Part shown: piece after piece, positions 11,660 through 23,171 of the stretch
How the letters are laid out: each line of letters begins with the position of its first letter
Position numbering within the stretch: position 1 is the stretch's first letter
From: Blepharisma stoltei ATCC 30299
Lineage: Eukaryota > Protista > Ciliophora
Direction: 5' to 3'
DNA length: 64,000 nucleotides
Assembly: GCA_965603825.1 (NCBI GenBank)
Contig: CBFDEM010000011.1
Span: forward strand, 558,001-622,000
Made by a program: the position numbers and the translations under genes
Notes under the pieces: generated by a model
What the model saw: the letters and a program-made list of their open reading frames with translations, nothing else
The model's database searches: none
What the model was told of the DNA's origin: nothing

Positions 11660-13078
11660 TTATTCTTGAGGCATGAATTGCATTTTTCTATAGAGCAATA
11701 AGTATGCCATATGCCAGTCTCCTCCCCCTCTTAAGTTAAGGATGTCTTCAGTCGTCACTTGGGTCACAAAATCGTCGTCATATTTCATCCATATGTCGTC
11801 TTTTACATATGCCCAGCCTACATAATGTCCTGAATCTGCAGATCGGCCTTTGTGTGTTACAACGCCAACTAGTTGATAATGTCCAGTGTCTAAGCCTGTT
11901 CCGAACTCTGCAGTGCCGCTTTTGTGCTCTTTTGGCTTTTCTTTGCTTTCTTCTAGTTCTCTTTCTCTTACCTGGGCTTCCATGTCTCTACCGATATTAA
12001 GACTGTTTTTAAGCTCGTCACTGCAAAATTCGTAGGTATCAAGGACCTTAGGGAAAGTCACTGAGCGGAGAATTTTTGCCTTCACGTCTTTGGTCCCAGC
12101 TACAGATGAAGCCCGCTTCCAAATAAATCTTACAAACTGGACCACAAGGTAGCCTGGCAGCCTATTTATCCTTTGGGTCTTTTTGTACTGTGCATTCCTC
12201 CCTAACGATTCTGACTGTTTTTCAATGAACCCTTCCAGTCCTGCTCTAATACCATCTGGCAGATGATCTACTGGCTGTCCTTCATTATCAATAATACACA
12301 TAAGCTTCTTAGAATATTCTACCATCATCTGTGGTGGCTCCTCAGGGCTTTCTTCACATTTAATAGTCGTTTGAAATTCAATCCCAAACAGATCTTCAAT
12401 CACATTTCCGCTCCACCCTGTCGCATTCGGCATATTCAGCTGCGTCCTTGCTGTTTCTAGCACATTAGTCAAGCACTCTTCAGCGTCCTGCTGCTTATGT
12501 CTTCCTTCTTCGTCTGTTTCGTCAAACAGTGGAAAAGTCGTCCTTAGGGTGTGGACAAAGGTAAATGGGGTAAATGCCGTCCCTACAAGCTCAATATTTT
12601 TGAAGAGTTCTTTAAGCTCGTGGGTCAATTTCTGGGTCAAGTCATTAGGATTAGTCAAGCTGTAGTTGCCTAAGGCTTGGGACAGCTCAGGAACTCTGCG
12701 CAAGCACTGCAGGGTACTGTTCATATAGCAGGTGTTCCCAAGATTGACTAGACCAGCTGGGATAGGGACGCCTTCTGACTGTTTGTAAGCAAGGGCTTTT
12801 TCTTGAGGCGTGAGGTCTTCCATGAACTTTATTTCTTCTTTGGGCTCGACGAACTCAGTGGCGGTGCCCATCATCATGATGGTGATGTTTTCTTTGATTC
12901 CCGCTTGACTGAGAATCTGGGAATCCTGCAGGACTTTCCCTTTCAGCATAAGTTTTTGTTTTTCTGGGAGAACACCGGAGAGGGAAAGTAGCTGGCTCTT
13001 GAGTAGGGAAACTTGTTCGTTGAGGTCGACATCGACAGCGAACTCTTGCTTGTTCCACTTGACTTTGATCCTTGACAT
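11660..13078 (-). CDS. USP14: Proteasome-associated deubiquitinase USP14/Ubp6
   Basis: N-terminal UBL (VKWNK...LSGVLPEKQKLMLKG), Cys box GLVNLGNTCYMNSTLQ, QQDAEE, His box THKGRSADSGHY, C-terminal GGGDWHMAY. Confidence 0.95.
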   Translation of the reverse strand: MSRIKVKWNKQEFAVDVDLNEQVSLLKSQLLSLSGVLPEKQKLMLKGKVLQDSQILSQAGIKENITIMMMGTATEFVEPKEEIKFMEDLTPQEKALAYKQSEGVPIPAGLVNLGNTCYMNSTLQCLRRVPELSQALGNYSLTNPNDLTQKLTHELKELFKNIELVGTAFTPFTFVHTLRTTFPLFDETDEEGRHKQQDAEECLTNVLETARTQLNMPNATGWSGNVIEDLFGIEFQTTIKCEESPEEPPQMMVEYSKKLMCIIDNEGQPVDHLPDGIRAGLEGFIEKQSESLGRNAQYKKTQRINRLPGYLVVQFVRFIWKRASSVAGTKDVKAKILRSVTFPKVLDTYEFCSDELKNSLNIGRDMEAQVRERELEESKEKPKEHKSGTAEFGTGLDTGHYQLVGVVTHKGRSADSGHYVGWAYVKDDIWMKYDDDFVTQVTTEDILNLRGGGDWHMAYLLLYRKMQFMPQE

Positions 13079-13883
13079 ATTTAGTGCTAATATTTGTCAG
13101 ATTTAAGCTGAGATTAATAAGAAAAGCTGCAGCAAAGAGAGATTAAAAGGACTAAAAATTATGTGTGAATAAGATTATAGAAAGATGTAAAATAATGCTG
13201 CTCTGTATTTATAACAAAAATTTAAAAATTAAATGTAAGAGTAAATTATAAATTCGAGTTATTATGATTCAACTTTTTTGACTAATAATGATTAACAGAA
13301 AAGCTGCTGCTAAAATCTTTATGGCTTTCTCTCTTCCTTTTTACTCTCTTACCAAAAGAAATAATAGGCTGAGAAGTTACTTGAACTTCTGAGACTGATA
13401 AAGACTCCAGAATATGACTCTCCAAACATAATTGGTCTAGAAGAGAGCAACTGTATTGTGTAAGCTTGCTATCCACAATATATATGAATAATCATACTAT
13501 AAAATTTCTTTAGTCTATGCATAAAATATGAATTTATATTATGCATGAACATATTTAAATGAAAAATAAATTTTCCAAGCAGAATCATCATATTATCCAA
13601 AAATTTCATAGAAACCTCTCATATCAAAAATATCAATCTAAATTAACCTAATGTCTTCACAATTATTTAATCTAATTTTTTTAAAAAAATCATCAGAAAT
13701 TAAGCAGCAATTTTTTTTAATAAGTCTCTCCCCTTACCCTCTGTCTCATAACCCCTTATTTTACCAACTCTTCCAATCCCGCTCTCTACCTTCCTCTTCC
13801 CTAACCTAGCCGTTTTTCGCTTAATCTTTCATCCCTTTTAATACGTATCTACTATTGAGTTTAAACCTCTTATATTAAACTTT

Positions 13884-13913
13884 TTATATTCGTTTCGCTG
13901 CGAAATTATAAAA
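13884..13913 (+). promoter_or_regulatory. Conserved pre-ATG element shared by the three ABCB paralogs (other copies 23136-23171 and 28654-28689)
   Basis: TTTATAT(T/G)CGTT(A)TCGCTGC(G/A)AA..TT(A/G)TAAAAA-ATG precedes all three genes, while most flanking intergenic DNA is not alignable by eye. Confidence 0.55.
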
Positions 13914-16900
13914 ATGTCAAAATCTTCTAACAACAAAGACGAACGCGAGGACTCCAAACCCCTCGTCAAATCAGAAGATTTCAGCTCAAAAGCCAGCATA
14001 AAGCTTCTTTTTTCATACGCAGGGAAATATGAGTGAACTTTAATTGCCGTCGGCTTTTCAATGATCTTGCTTTTCAGATTTTTCCCGTTCTTTTTGTTCT
14101 ATCAATTAGGAGAAGCTGTCGAAGCGGTCTATGAGAACCCAGACGACGATGATGAGTTCTATGAAGGAATGAGAGATGCTTGCATATGGATGCTTTTAGG
14201 AGGACTCATGTGCTTAGTGTTAGGCTGGATTGCTGTTATCTGTTTCTTATTAGCAGCTAAAAGTATTTCACTGAAGTGGAGAAGTGTTTATTTTTACACT
14301 ATTATAAACCGACCCATCAAATGGTATGACAGAAACAACCCATCTGAGCTCTCAAGTGCAATCGATATGGACATTGATGCAATTGAACAAGGGGTCGGAT
14401 TGAAATTTTTCTTACAGCTGTCAATGGCCATTTCATACTTCGGACTGTTTATTTTTACAGGGATCATTAACTTACAGCTGACCCTGATTGCTCTGATACC
14501 AATCCCATTGCAGTTTTACGGGATCGTAGTTTACGAGAAAGTAACAATTGATTCGGCCTTAGCCAAACAAGAAAAGTACAAATCAGCTGGAGGGATTGCA
14601 GAAGAGAGCTTTGAAGGAGTCAAAACCATCGCCTCCTGCAATGCGCAGAAGCCAAGAACTGAGCTTTATCACTCAGAGCTCAAAACCCTAAGAGATGAGA
14701 CCACTAAAATTGGAGTTTACCAAGGGTTCCTATACAGCATAACTGCAGTCATTTTCTTTGTGCTGACTGGTGTTACATTTTACTATGGGTCCATTTTCTT
14801 AAGAGACGATAGGTACAACTGGACACTTGATGAGGAAATAGAGCGCAAAGACATCGTGGTCGTGTCCCTCTGTTTTATGATGACGGCCTTTTGCCAAGGA
14901 ATCTTCGTGACTGTGGTAAATGTAATTAACAACGCAAAAGTTGCAGCTGCCAGAGTCCATGAAGTGGTTCAGATCAATAAAAGATACGGAGGATATTTAA
15001 AGCCAAAATCAATCAAAGGAGATATTGACTTTGAAAATGTCCATTTCAGGTACCCAACTAAAAAAGACGTCCCAATCCTAAAAGGGGTGTCTTTTAAAGT
15101 CAGAGAAAAAGAGTCATTAGCTATTGTAGGACAGACTGGATCAGGCAAAAGCACCATAATTCAACTTATTGAAGGATTTTATTATTGCGAAAAAGGGACA
15201 ATTCTGATAGACGGCGTTGACATCACACAGTATGATATTTCAGCATTAAGAGGCTTTGTAGGTTTGGTCAGCCAAGAGCCGATTTTATTTAATACGACGA
15301 TTAAGGAGAATATCAGAATTGGCAGAATGGATGCGACTGATGGAGAAATAGAGAATGCGGCGAGAGAGGCAGAAGCAACATTTATTGAAGACCTTGAGAA
15401 TAAATTTGACACATATGTAGGGATTAAAGGCTCTTTACTTTCTGGAGGCCAAAAGCAAAGGGTTGCTATTGCAAGAGCCTTGCTTAAGAATCCAAGCATT
15501 TTACTACTAGATGAAGCCACAAGCGCATTAGATGTAAAAACTGAGAAAAAAATCCAAGTCACTCTTGACAAGGTCTCCCAAAACAGAACAACCGTCATAG
15601 TAGCTCAAAGGCTCAGCTCAGTTAAAAATGCCAATAAAATCATTGTGATTTCTGAAGGAGTAGTCGCTGAGGAAGGCAACCACGAATCCCTCATCAAACT
15701 AAATGGCCGATATGCAAGATATTGTGAAATCCAGTCTAAGACTGAAGAAGCCATGGAAGAAGAAGCCCCATCTTCCAAAGAAGCTGAGTCAGAAAGAGAC
15801 CAAGATGTGATGAGCTACCAGACCTCAATCTACAAAAGAGTCAAGGCAGATAAGTCCAAGTACATGAAAGGGATCCATGTCCAACTTCTTAAACAGTGGG
15901 ACTGGATGCTTGTAGCTGCCATTTGTGCAATTATAGCTGGACTTTGTTATCCATGCATGGGATTTGTCTTTGCAGACGATATTATAAGCGTTACAGAAGA
16001 TAATGGTGGGGAGTTGCAAGACACGACCTGGGACAATTTGTGGTGGTCTGTGCTATTGGCTGCGATTGCGTTTGTGACTATCGTTATTTTGTATAGTGCC
16101 CTTGGTAGGACTGCTGCATTATTTACAGACGATATCAGAATGAGAGGGATGAACGCAATTCTCTATTATGACCAAAAATTCTTTGACAAGCCAATCAATA
16201 ATCCCGCTCTGCTATCTTATACATTTTCTAAAGACTGTGAAAAAATTTCCTCAATTGGAGGTTCAGTCTTGATTTTCCAGCTGCTTACCGTTTCTAGCCT
16301 TGTGCTTGCTATTGTATGGGCTCTATGCAAAGATTGGGTCTATGCTTTAATAGCGACAGCTCTTTTCTCCATCATGATTGTGGTGAATATGGGCGGTGAC
16401 GTTTTTAGGCAAAATGATAAAATGACCCCAGCTCAAACAACTCAGATTGCTTTTGACTGTTTGACCAATATCAAAACAGTGAATTCTTTAAATAAGCAAG
16501 ACTATTTCCACGTGAGGTATGTGAATTCTTGCAAAGAGGCCAATAAAGGGATTGTGGTTTCTTATATTCCTGATGCCTTTAGATTTTCATTGAAATTAGC
16601 TGTAATGTTTTTCGTGTGGGGATTTGCACTATGAATTGGTGCGGCACAAGTAAAAGAAAAGCATTTGAGCAGAGACAACTTGCTTTATGTTTTCTTTATT
16701 ATTTTGCTTGCGACTTATAGTGCAATTGTGCTTTCGTTTTTGCCTCAGGATACAGATGAAGGGATTAAAAGTGCTATTAAGATGAATGATATTATTGAGT
16801 ATGAGCCTGAAATCAATGGAGACTCAAAAGATGGAGAGACAGACCCGATATCCGGAAAAATCACTTACGAAAATGTCTGCTTTAAATATGAGGGCAGGCT

Positions 16901-17570
16901 TAACCCAGTCCTCAAAAACGTCAGTTTCGAAGTTCCAGCAGGCAAAACGCTCGGTGTAACAGGATCGACAGGTTCAGGAAAATCCACAATTGCGCAACTT
17001 TTATTGCGATTTTACAACCCAACGTCAGGTATTATCAAACTTGACGACCATTTAATCCAAAACTACAACATCAGACATCTCAGAGAATACGTCTGTTGGG
17101 TCGGCCAAGAGCCTATTCTATTTAAAGGCACCATGATGTACAATCTAAGACTAGCCAACCAATTGGCCACTGAAGAAGAAGCCAGAGAAGCTTTAATAAA
17201 AGCTCAAGCAGGCGATATCTTAGAAAAATATGGTCTAGAAAACGATGTAGGACTGAGAGGAAGCAAGCTGAGCGGAGGACAAAAACAAAGAGTTGCCATT
17301 GCTAGAGCTCTTATTAGGAAGCCAAAAATTTTGGTTTTAGATGAAGCTACAAGTGCCTTAGACACTGTGGTGGAGTCAAAACTTCAAGAAGTGCTGAAAC
17401 AGGAAAAGTTTACAGTCATTTCTGTTGCACACAGACTGAGGACTATTAAAGATTGTGATGAAATCCTTGTGCTTGAGAAAGGAATTTTAGTGGAAAAGGG
17501 AACTCATGACGAGTTATCAAAGAATCCAAACGGCTATTACTATCAATTGTGCCAGCTATCAACAGCTTAA
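13914..17570 (+). CDS. Full-length ABCB/P-glycoprotein (MDR)-type exporter, copy 1, 1218 aa
   Basis: TMD-NBD-TMD-NBD; Walker A GQTGSGKST / GSTGSGKST, LSGGQKQR twice, LLDEAT/VLDEAT; one frame with TGA at 14034 and 16632. Confidence 0.93.
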
Positions 17571-17750
17571 TTAGATAAATATAATTATATTATTTTTAAA
17601 ACTATTTTGCGATATCAATGAGCTTTAAGAGTCTTAAAAATATTTTATAAACTTCTTATCATAAGTTTATTAGCACATGTATGCTATTATTTAAAAGCAA
17701 AATTAAATTTTTTTTGATTTTTGAGTAAAATATATAAATTTGCTTATATT

Positions 17751-19955
17751 AAGAGAGATTCCATTTTATAAATAAAACAAGAAACTTCAAGAATATATCA
17801 AGTTCTTCTCATCCTGAAAAAATGATAATATCTGCCTTAAAAAATGCAAAAACTCATGAAATAACGAGAGTCAGAAAACAAAAAGCTTGAGGCCTAAAGA
17901 AAATTTGCAATGAAGTATGAAATATAAAATAAAAATTAAAAAGAAATTAGTAGAAGTCTCATATTTATACATTTCTTAAAAACATCCAAGCAATGTTACT
18001 ATCTATGCCGGTGTTTTAGCTGCCAATAAGGTAACTATTCTCTTTAGCTGTCCTTTAATTATTTCAAAGTGCTCTTGCGCAGATAGATCAAAAAGCTTTT
18101 TATCTGAGAAACGAATTTTTTGCAAACAAATAATTATTATCTTTATTTGATAATGCTAAGACGCTGAATCCTTATACTATAGTACCATGAATCAATTGTA
18201 TCAGCTTTGCAGGGCTTTTTGGTGTATTTTTTCACTGTGTATAAAATACTATCAGAGAACAAACTTAGGATCTCAAATTCCTTGAATATTGAATAGTTAA
18301 CTGAAATTGCAAAAAGACTGGATTCTCTAGAACCCTACTGAAGAAGATTGTATTTCTATCTATAAGTTAAAGTCCAAATAAATTATTTTAATACCAAATT
18401 AATTATTTAATATTTTAGATAGAAATTATATTAAAAGTTTTTATTTCTGCAGCTATATTTCAATGGGTTATTATGCAAAGGCAAAATTATTATAAAATAT
18501 ATATTGCCACTGATATTGCTGCTATAAAAAGCCACTCTTATAGTACCATAGAGCATTATATACAAATCGCGCTAAATTTTGGAAGGATAGTAGATATAAT
18601 TTTAAACGAAATTATAAATTTACTCAAATATTTGTTTATAATGATTTATTAATTATATAAGCAACTCTTGCATAAATATGAAAGCCATTATGATATTATT
18701 CTCCCGTTTTTAGTCTATTAAAATAAATAGGCGATTAATGAATTTCGCTGCTAACTAGGTATTGTTCTTCAATAACCTCGTATTCCATTGAGTTCTAAAA
18801 TTAGGTTTGGCTTATCTTATATTAAAATTAAACTTTATTGAAAATTCACCATATTCTAGGCGATGTGGAGATAAAATCCTAAAAGTAATAAAAATGAAAT
18901 ACCTTTCTTTTTTTGCGCCTTTTGTTTTATCCCTATCAGGCCTAGTTATCCAGCCTAAAGATTCAGACCTTGTTTCGCCACAAGATATGATTGATGAAAT
19001 TAACAGCACTCAAGGCTCATGGGTTGCTTCTGCTGATTGGGTTGGCCATATGGCAACTACTGAAGCCAAACGCAAGGTCTCTTCAAAGCCAATATCTCCG
19101 AAGTTTCCTGAATATGACTGGGGTGTAGTCTTAAACTACCTCTCAATCCCATCATCTTTTGATTCAAGAACTCAATGGCCAGATTGTATTCATCCTATTC
19201 AGAATATAGGAATTTGTGAAGGTGATTGGGCATATTCAGCTGCTGGAGCTCTTTCAGATAGGTTTTGTATAGCTTCAAATAAAAATATTAATGTGGTGCT
19301 GTCTCCTGGATATGTAATAGTTTGTGATATCGAATACGACAACAGATGCAGCGGAGGAACGGCTGGTGGTGCTTGGAATTTCCTTAAACAATACGGAACC
19401 CCTTTGGCATCTTGTGTCCCTATGCATTCATGAAGCGTAGATGACGGATGCCCTAATAAATGTAACTCAGGAGAATCACTTCAATTTTACAAAGCTGCAT
19501 CTGTAAATTCTTATAGTGGTCCATCATCAATTCAAGCTGCAATATTGACGAATGGCCCAGTTGAAACTACTATGCATCTTTATCAAGATTTTTCCTCCTA
19601 CAAAGGAGGTATTTATAAGCACACTACAGGAAGTCTTTTAGGATCTGTAAGTGTAAAGCTCATTGGATGGGGAAATCAGAATGGAACCAACTATTGGATA
19701 GGTGCCAACTGTTGGGGAACTAGTTGGGGTATGAAAGGATATTTCTGGATTGCGTTTGGGGAATGCGGAATTGATACCCATGCTGTAGCGGGGAGTCCTT
19801 ACATTTAATGCTAATGGCATTTATTATTCTGTTTTTTAAAATAGATATAAAAATATTTTTTACTTGAAGGGAAATAAACTAATTGGTAGTTTCTTTTTAA
19901 AGATATTTATTATTTTAATTGAATAAAACCTCTGAATTGATCTGTCTATTATAAT
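17751..19955 (+). repeat. Local segmental duplication unit A (upstream block + cathepsin-like gene + 3' flank)
   Basis: 17751-18252 aligns with 20397-20883 and 18886-19955 aligns with about 20886-21945; outer boundaries approximate. Confidence 0.8.
18894..19808 (+). CDS. Secreted cathepsin-B-like (papain C1A) homolog, predicted catalytically inactive, 304 aa
   Basis: Signal peptide MKYLSFFAPFVLSLSG; IPSSFDSRTQWPDCIHPI, ALSDRFCI, NGPVE, YKGGIYKH, VKLIGWG, YWIGANCWGTSWGMKGYF. One TGA (19431) joins two ORFs. The catalytic motif reads NIGICEGDW instead of DQxxCGSCW. Confidence 0.88.
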
Positions 19956-20396
19956 AATATCCAATAATACTCTGTATGGCATATCAAATGCAAGGCAATA
20001 AATTTAATTAGAAGTTATTTATGTATGAAATATAAATTTTTGCAATTAGTTTATTTATGCATGCAAAGGTGAATGTATATATTTGTGAGTTTTATAGAAC
20101 TACCAATTAAATAGTGTAAATTTGATATTATTAAAATAGAGTTTTGATGATATTTATATTCATAATATGGCTTTGTCATACTTATATGAGTAATAGATAA
20201 AAGCATTAAATTTTATTGCTATTAATAGTTTTAAGCGTTATGAAATGATTTAAAGTAAAAAATATGCTATTTTAGCTAGTAATTAGTATTTCTATAATTT
20301 AATCCTATCCACTCCTTGACTTCATTTCTTTTCCTAATCCTAAAATAATTCATAATTATTTATCAATGATTTATTTCTTGAAATGGCCAAAGCTTT

Positions 20397-21945
20397 AAGA
20401 GAGATTCCATTTTATAAATAAAAAAAGTAAACCTCAAGAATATATCAAGTTCTTCCCATCCTTAAAAAATGATAATAGCTACCTAATTAACTGAAAAAAA
20501 AATACCAATAATTTATGAAAAAGAAAATAAAGAGAAATTTGCAATTCAGGATGAAATATAAAATAAAAATTAAAAAGAAATTAATATGAATTTCATATTA
20601 TATATTTTTGAAAATCCAAGCAATGCTACTATCTATATCGGCGTTTTAGCTGCCAATAAAGTAACTATTCTTTTAAGCTCTCCTTTAAATTTTTAAAGTG
20701 TTCTTGCGCAGATAGATCAAAAAGCTTTTTCATTGAGAAAATTTGTTTTTGCAAACAAAATACTTATTCTCTTTATTTGATAATGCTAAGACTCTGATTC
20801 CCTATGTTCAAGTGCCCAGAAGTCTATTTTTTCAGCTTTGCAGGGCTTTTTGGTGTATTTTTTTACTATGTATAAAATACTATAGCTATAAAAATGAAAT
20901 ACCTTTTCTTCTATGCGCTCTTTGTTTTATCCCTATCAGGCCCAGTTATCAACCTAAAGATTCAGACCTTGCTGCACCACAAGAAATGATTGATGAGGTT
21001 AACGGTATTCAAGACTCATGGGTTGCTTCTGCTGATTGGGTTGGATATATGACAATTGCTGAAGCCAAGCGCAAAGTTTCTTTACAACCAATATCTCAGG
21101 AATTTCCAGAATATGACTGGGGTGCAGTCTTAAACTACCTCTCAATTCCATCATCTTTTGATTCAAGAACTCAATGGCCTGACTGTATTCACCCTATTCA
21201 AAATGATGATGGATGCTACTGGAGCTCTTTCAGATAGATTTTGTATCGCTTCAAATAAAAATATTAACGTAGTGCTGTCTCCTGGATATCTAATAGTTTA
21301 TGATATCCAATACGACAATGGATGCAACGGAGGAGAGGCTGGCCATGCTTGAAACTGACTTAAACAATACGGAGCCCCTTTGGCATCTTGTATTCCTTTC
21401 CATACATGAAGCATAGATGATCCATGCCCTACTAAATGCAACTCAGGAGAATCACTTCAATTTTACAAAGCTGCAAGTGTAAACACCTATAGTAGTGTTT
21501 CATCTATCCAAGCAGCGATTATGACGAATGGCCCAGTTTAGACGACTATGAATGTCTAAGAGGATTTTTTAACTTATAAAGGAGGCATTTACAAACACAC
21601 TGCAGGGAAACTTGTAGGACCTACCAATGTAAAACTCATTGGATGGGGCAATCAAAATGGAATCAACTATTGGATTGCGGCTAATTGTTGGGGAACTCTT
21701 TGGGGCATACAAGGATATTTTTGGATTGCATTTGGGCAGTGCGGAATTGATACCCAAGCTGCAGCAGGGGCTCCTAATGTTTAATGCTAATAGCATTAAA
21801 TATTTTATTTTTAAAATAAAATAAACATCCCTGGATTCTTGGTTTATTAATTTAGAGTATAAATAAATAATTTTCTATGTTCTTTTAAGAGCTATTTCTA
21901 ATTTTCAATGAATAAAAGCCCTCAAGTGGGTCGTCTTTATAATAT
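20397..21945 (+). repeat. Local segmental duplication unit B (lacks about 630 bp present in unit A)
   Basis: Near-identical start AAGAGAGATTCCATTTTATAAATAAAA; ...GTATAAAATACTAT is joined almost directly to ATAAAAATGAAATAC. Confidence 0.8.
20894..21784 (+). pseudogene. Pseudogene copy of the cathepsin-B-like gene
   Basis: 1-nt deletion near 20950, an approximately 23-nt frameshifting deletion across the active-site Cys region near 21205-21220, in-frame TAG 21539 and TAA 21557. Confidence 0.88.
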
Positions 21946-23171
21946 TAAGACACTATAAATTATTTTTATTAATTATGCAATATATTATTCATGATGATTT
22001 ACCTCTATAAAAATGGAATATTTGAAGCTCTTTGAGTTGTTTGAGCTTTTCTAATTTATACTTTAAATATTATTTTACTATGAATGCAAAATTCATGATT
22101 CGTATTCTTGAGCCTCAAAGACTTCTTTATGATCAAAAGTATCTCTAAGATAATTGAAACCCTAGTAATTAAAAGATTAAATATCATATAAACTTAAATT
22201 ATATTATTTTTTGACAAGGGCTAGATCTATTTTGCCAAAGAAGATACAAACGGCCAGATGTCATTCTATCAAATGTTTCCAAGCGAAATATAGAGCCATA
22301 GCATGGCTTTGAAAATAATATTTCACAATTAATAGTTAAGTTGCCAAGCCTTAAACTATTTTTTACTAATACAAAGAAAATAAGCATACTTGATGCTGCT
22401 ACTTTGAATCCAAAAATACTGGAATTTTCTAATTATGAGAATTTTAAAAGGAATTTTACACAAATCCCATATTTATACAATTTGAAGAAAAAACTCAAAT
22501 AACCTTACTTCTCTATCCATATAATCAATCTAAAAAATAATAACTAATTTAATTCGCTGCCTGCAATAATTATAGCATTCTCATGCAAAATTTTTGGGAT
22601 TCCCTTTTAATATTTGAAATGAGCAATCAGTATTGGCAAAATTGATATCAATATTGGGAGTTACTTTGAAATAAAATCAAGATTTCCCGCAATTAAATTA
22701 TTAACTAAAAAGAGTTGATAATGACAAAGCCTATAAAATGCAACCGATTCTAGTTGAAAAATAATTACAAATTTAATTGTAAATTTTTATCAATTATTTA
22801 ATTTATTTAGAGTTAATTATATAAAAATTGTATCAATATTGAGGTGAAGAACGATAAATTGCATTTAAGAAATAAAAATCGAATGAAATTGGTGTCTATG
22901 CTAAAAATTAGATGGATAGCAAAGAATCGTTTGAGAATTATTAAATATAGTTGATTTTTATAAAATATAGCTATTAATAGATACTATTGAGTTAGATTAA
23001 TATTTAGGCTAATTTAATTGATGCTTTGCAGTTTCTAAATAGTCTTAGTGATCTAAGCTATTTTTGCATAGTAGCTTTTTGTTTAATCTTCAATTCTTTA
23101 AATTATATTTCTTATTGATTGAACTCAATATAAGCCCATTTATATGCGTTATCGCTGCAAATTGTAAAAAA

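Noticed and set aside
13282-13476. 64-aa GTG-start ORF between USP14 and ABCB copy 1 (also 34874-35056 and 1893-2087)
   Set aside because: No family motif and no paralog support (13282-13476 also lacks an in-frame ATG); may be gene relics but cannot be supported.
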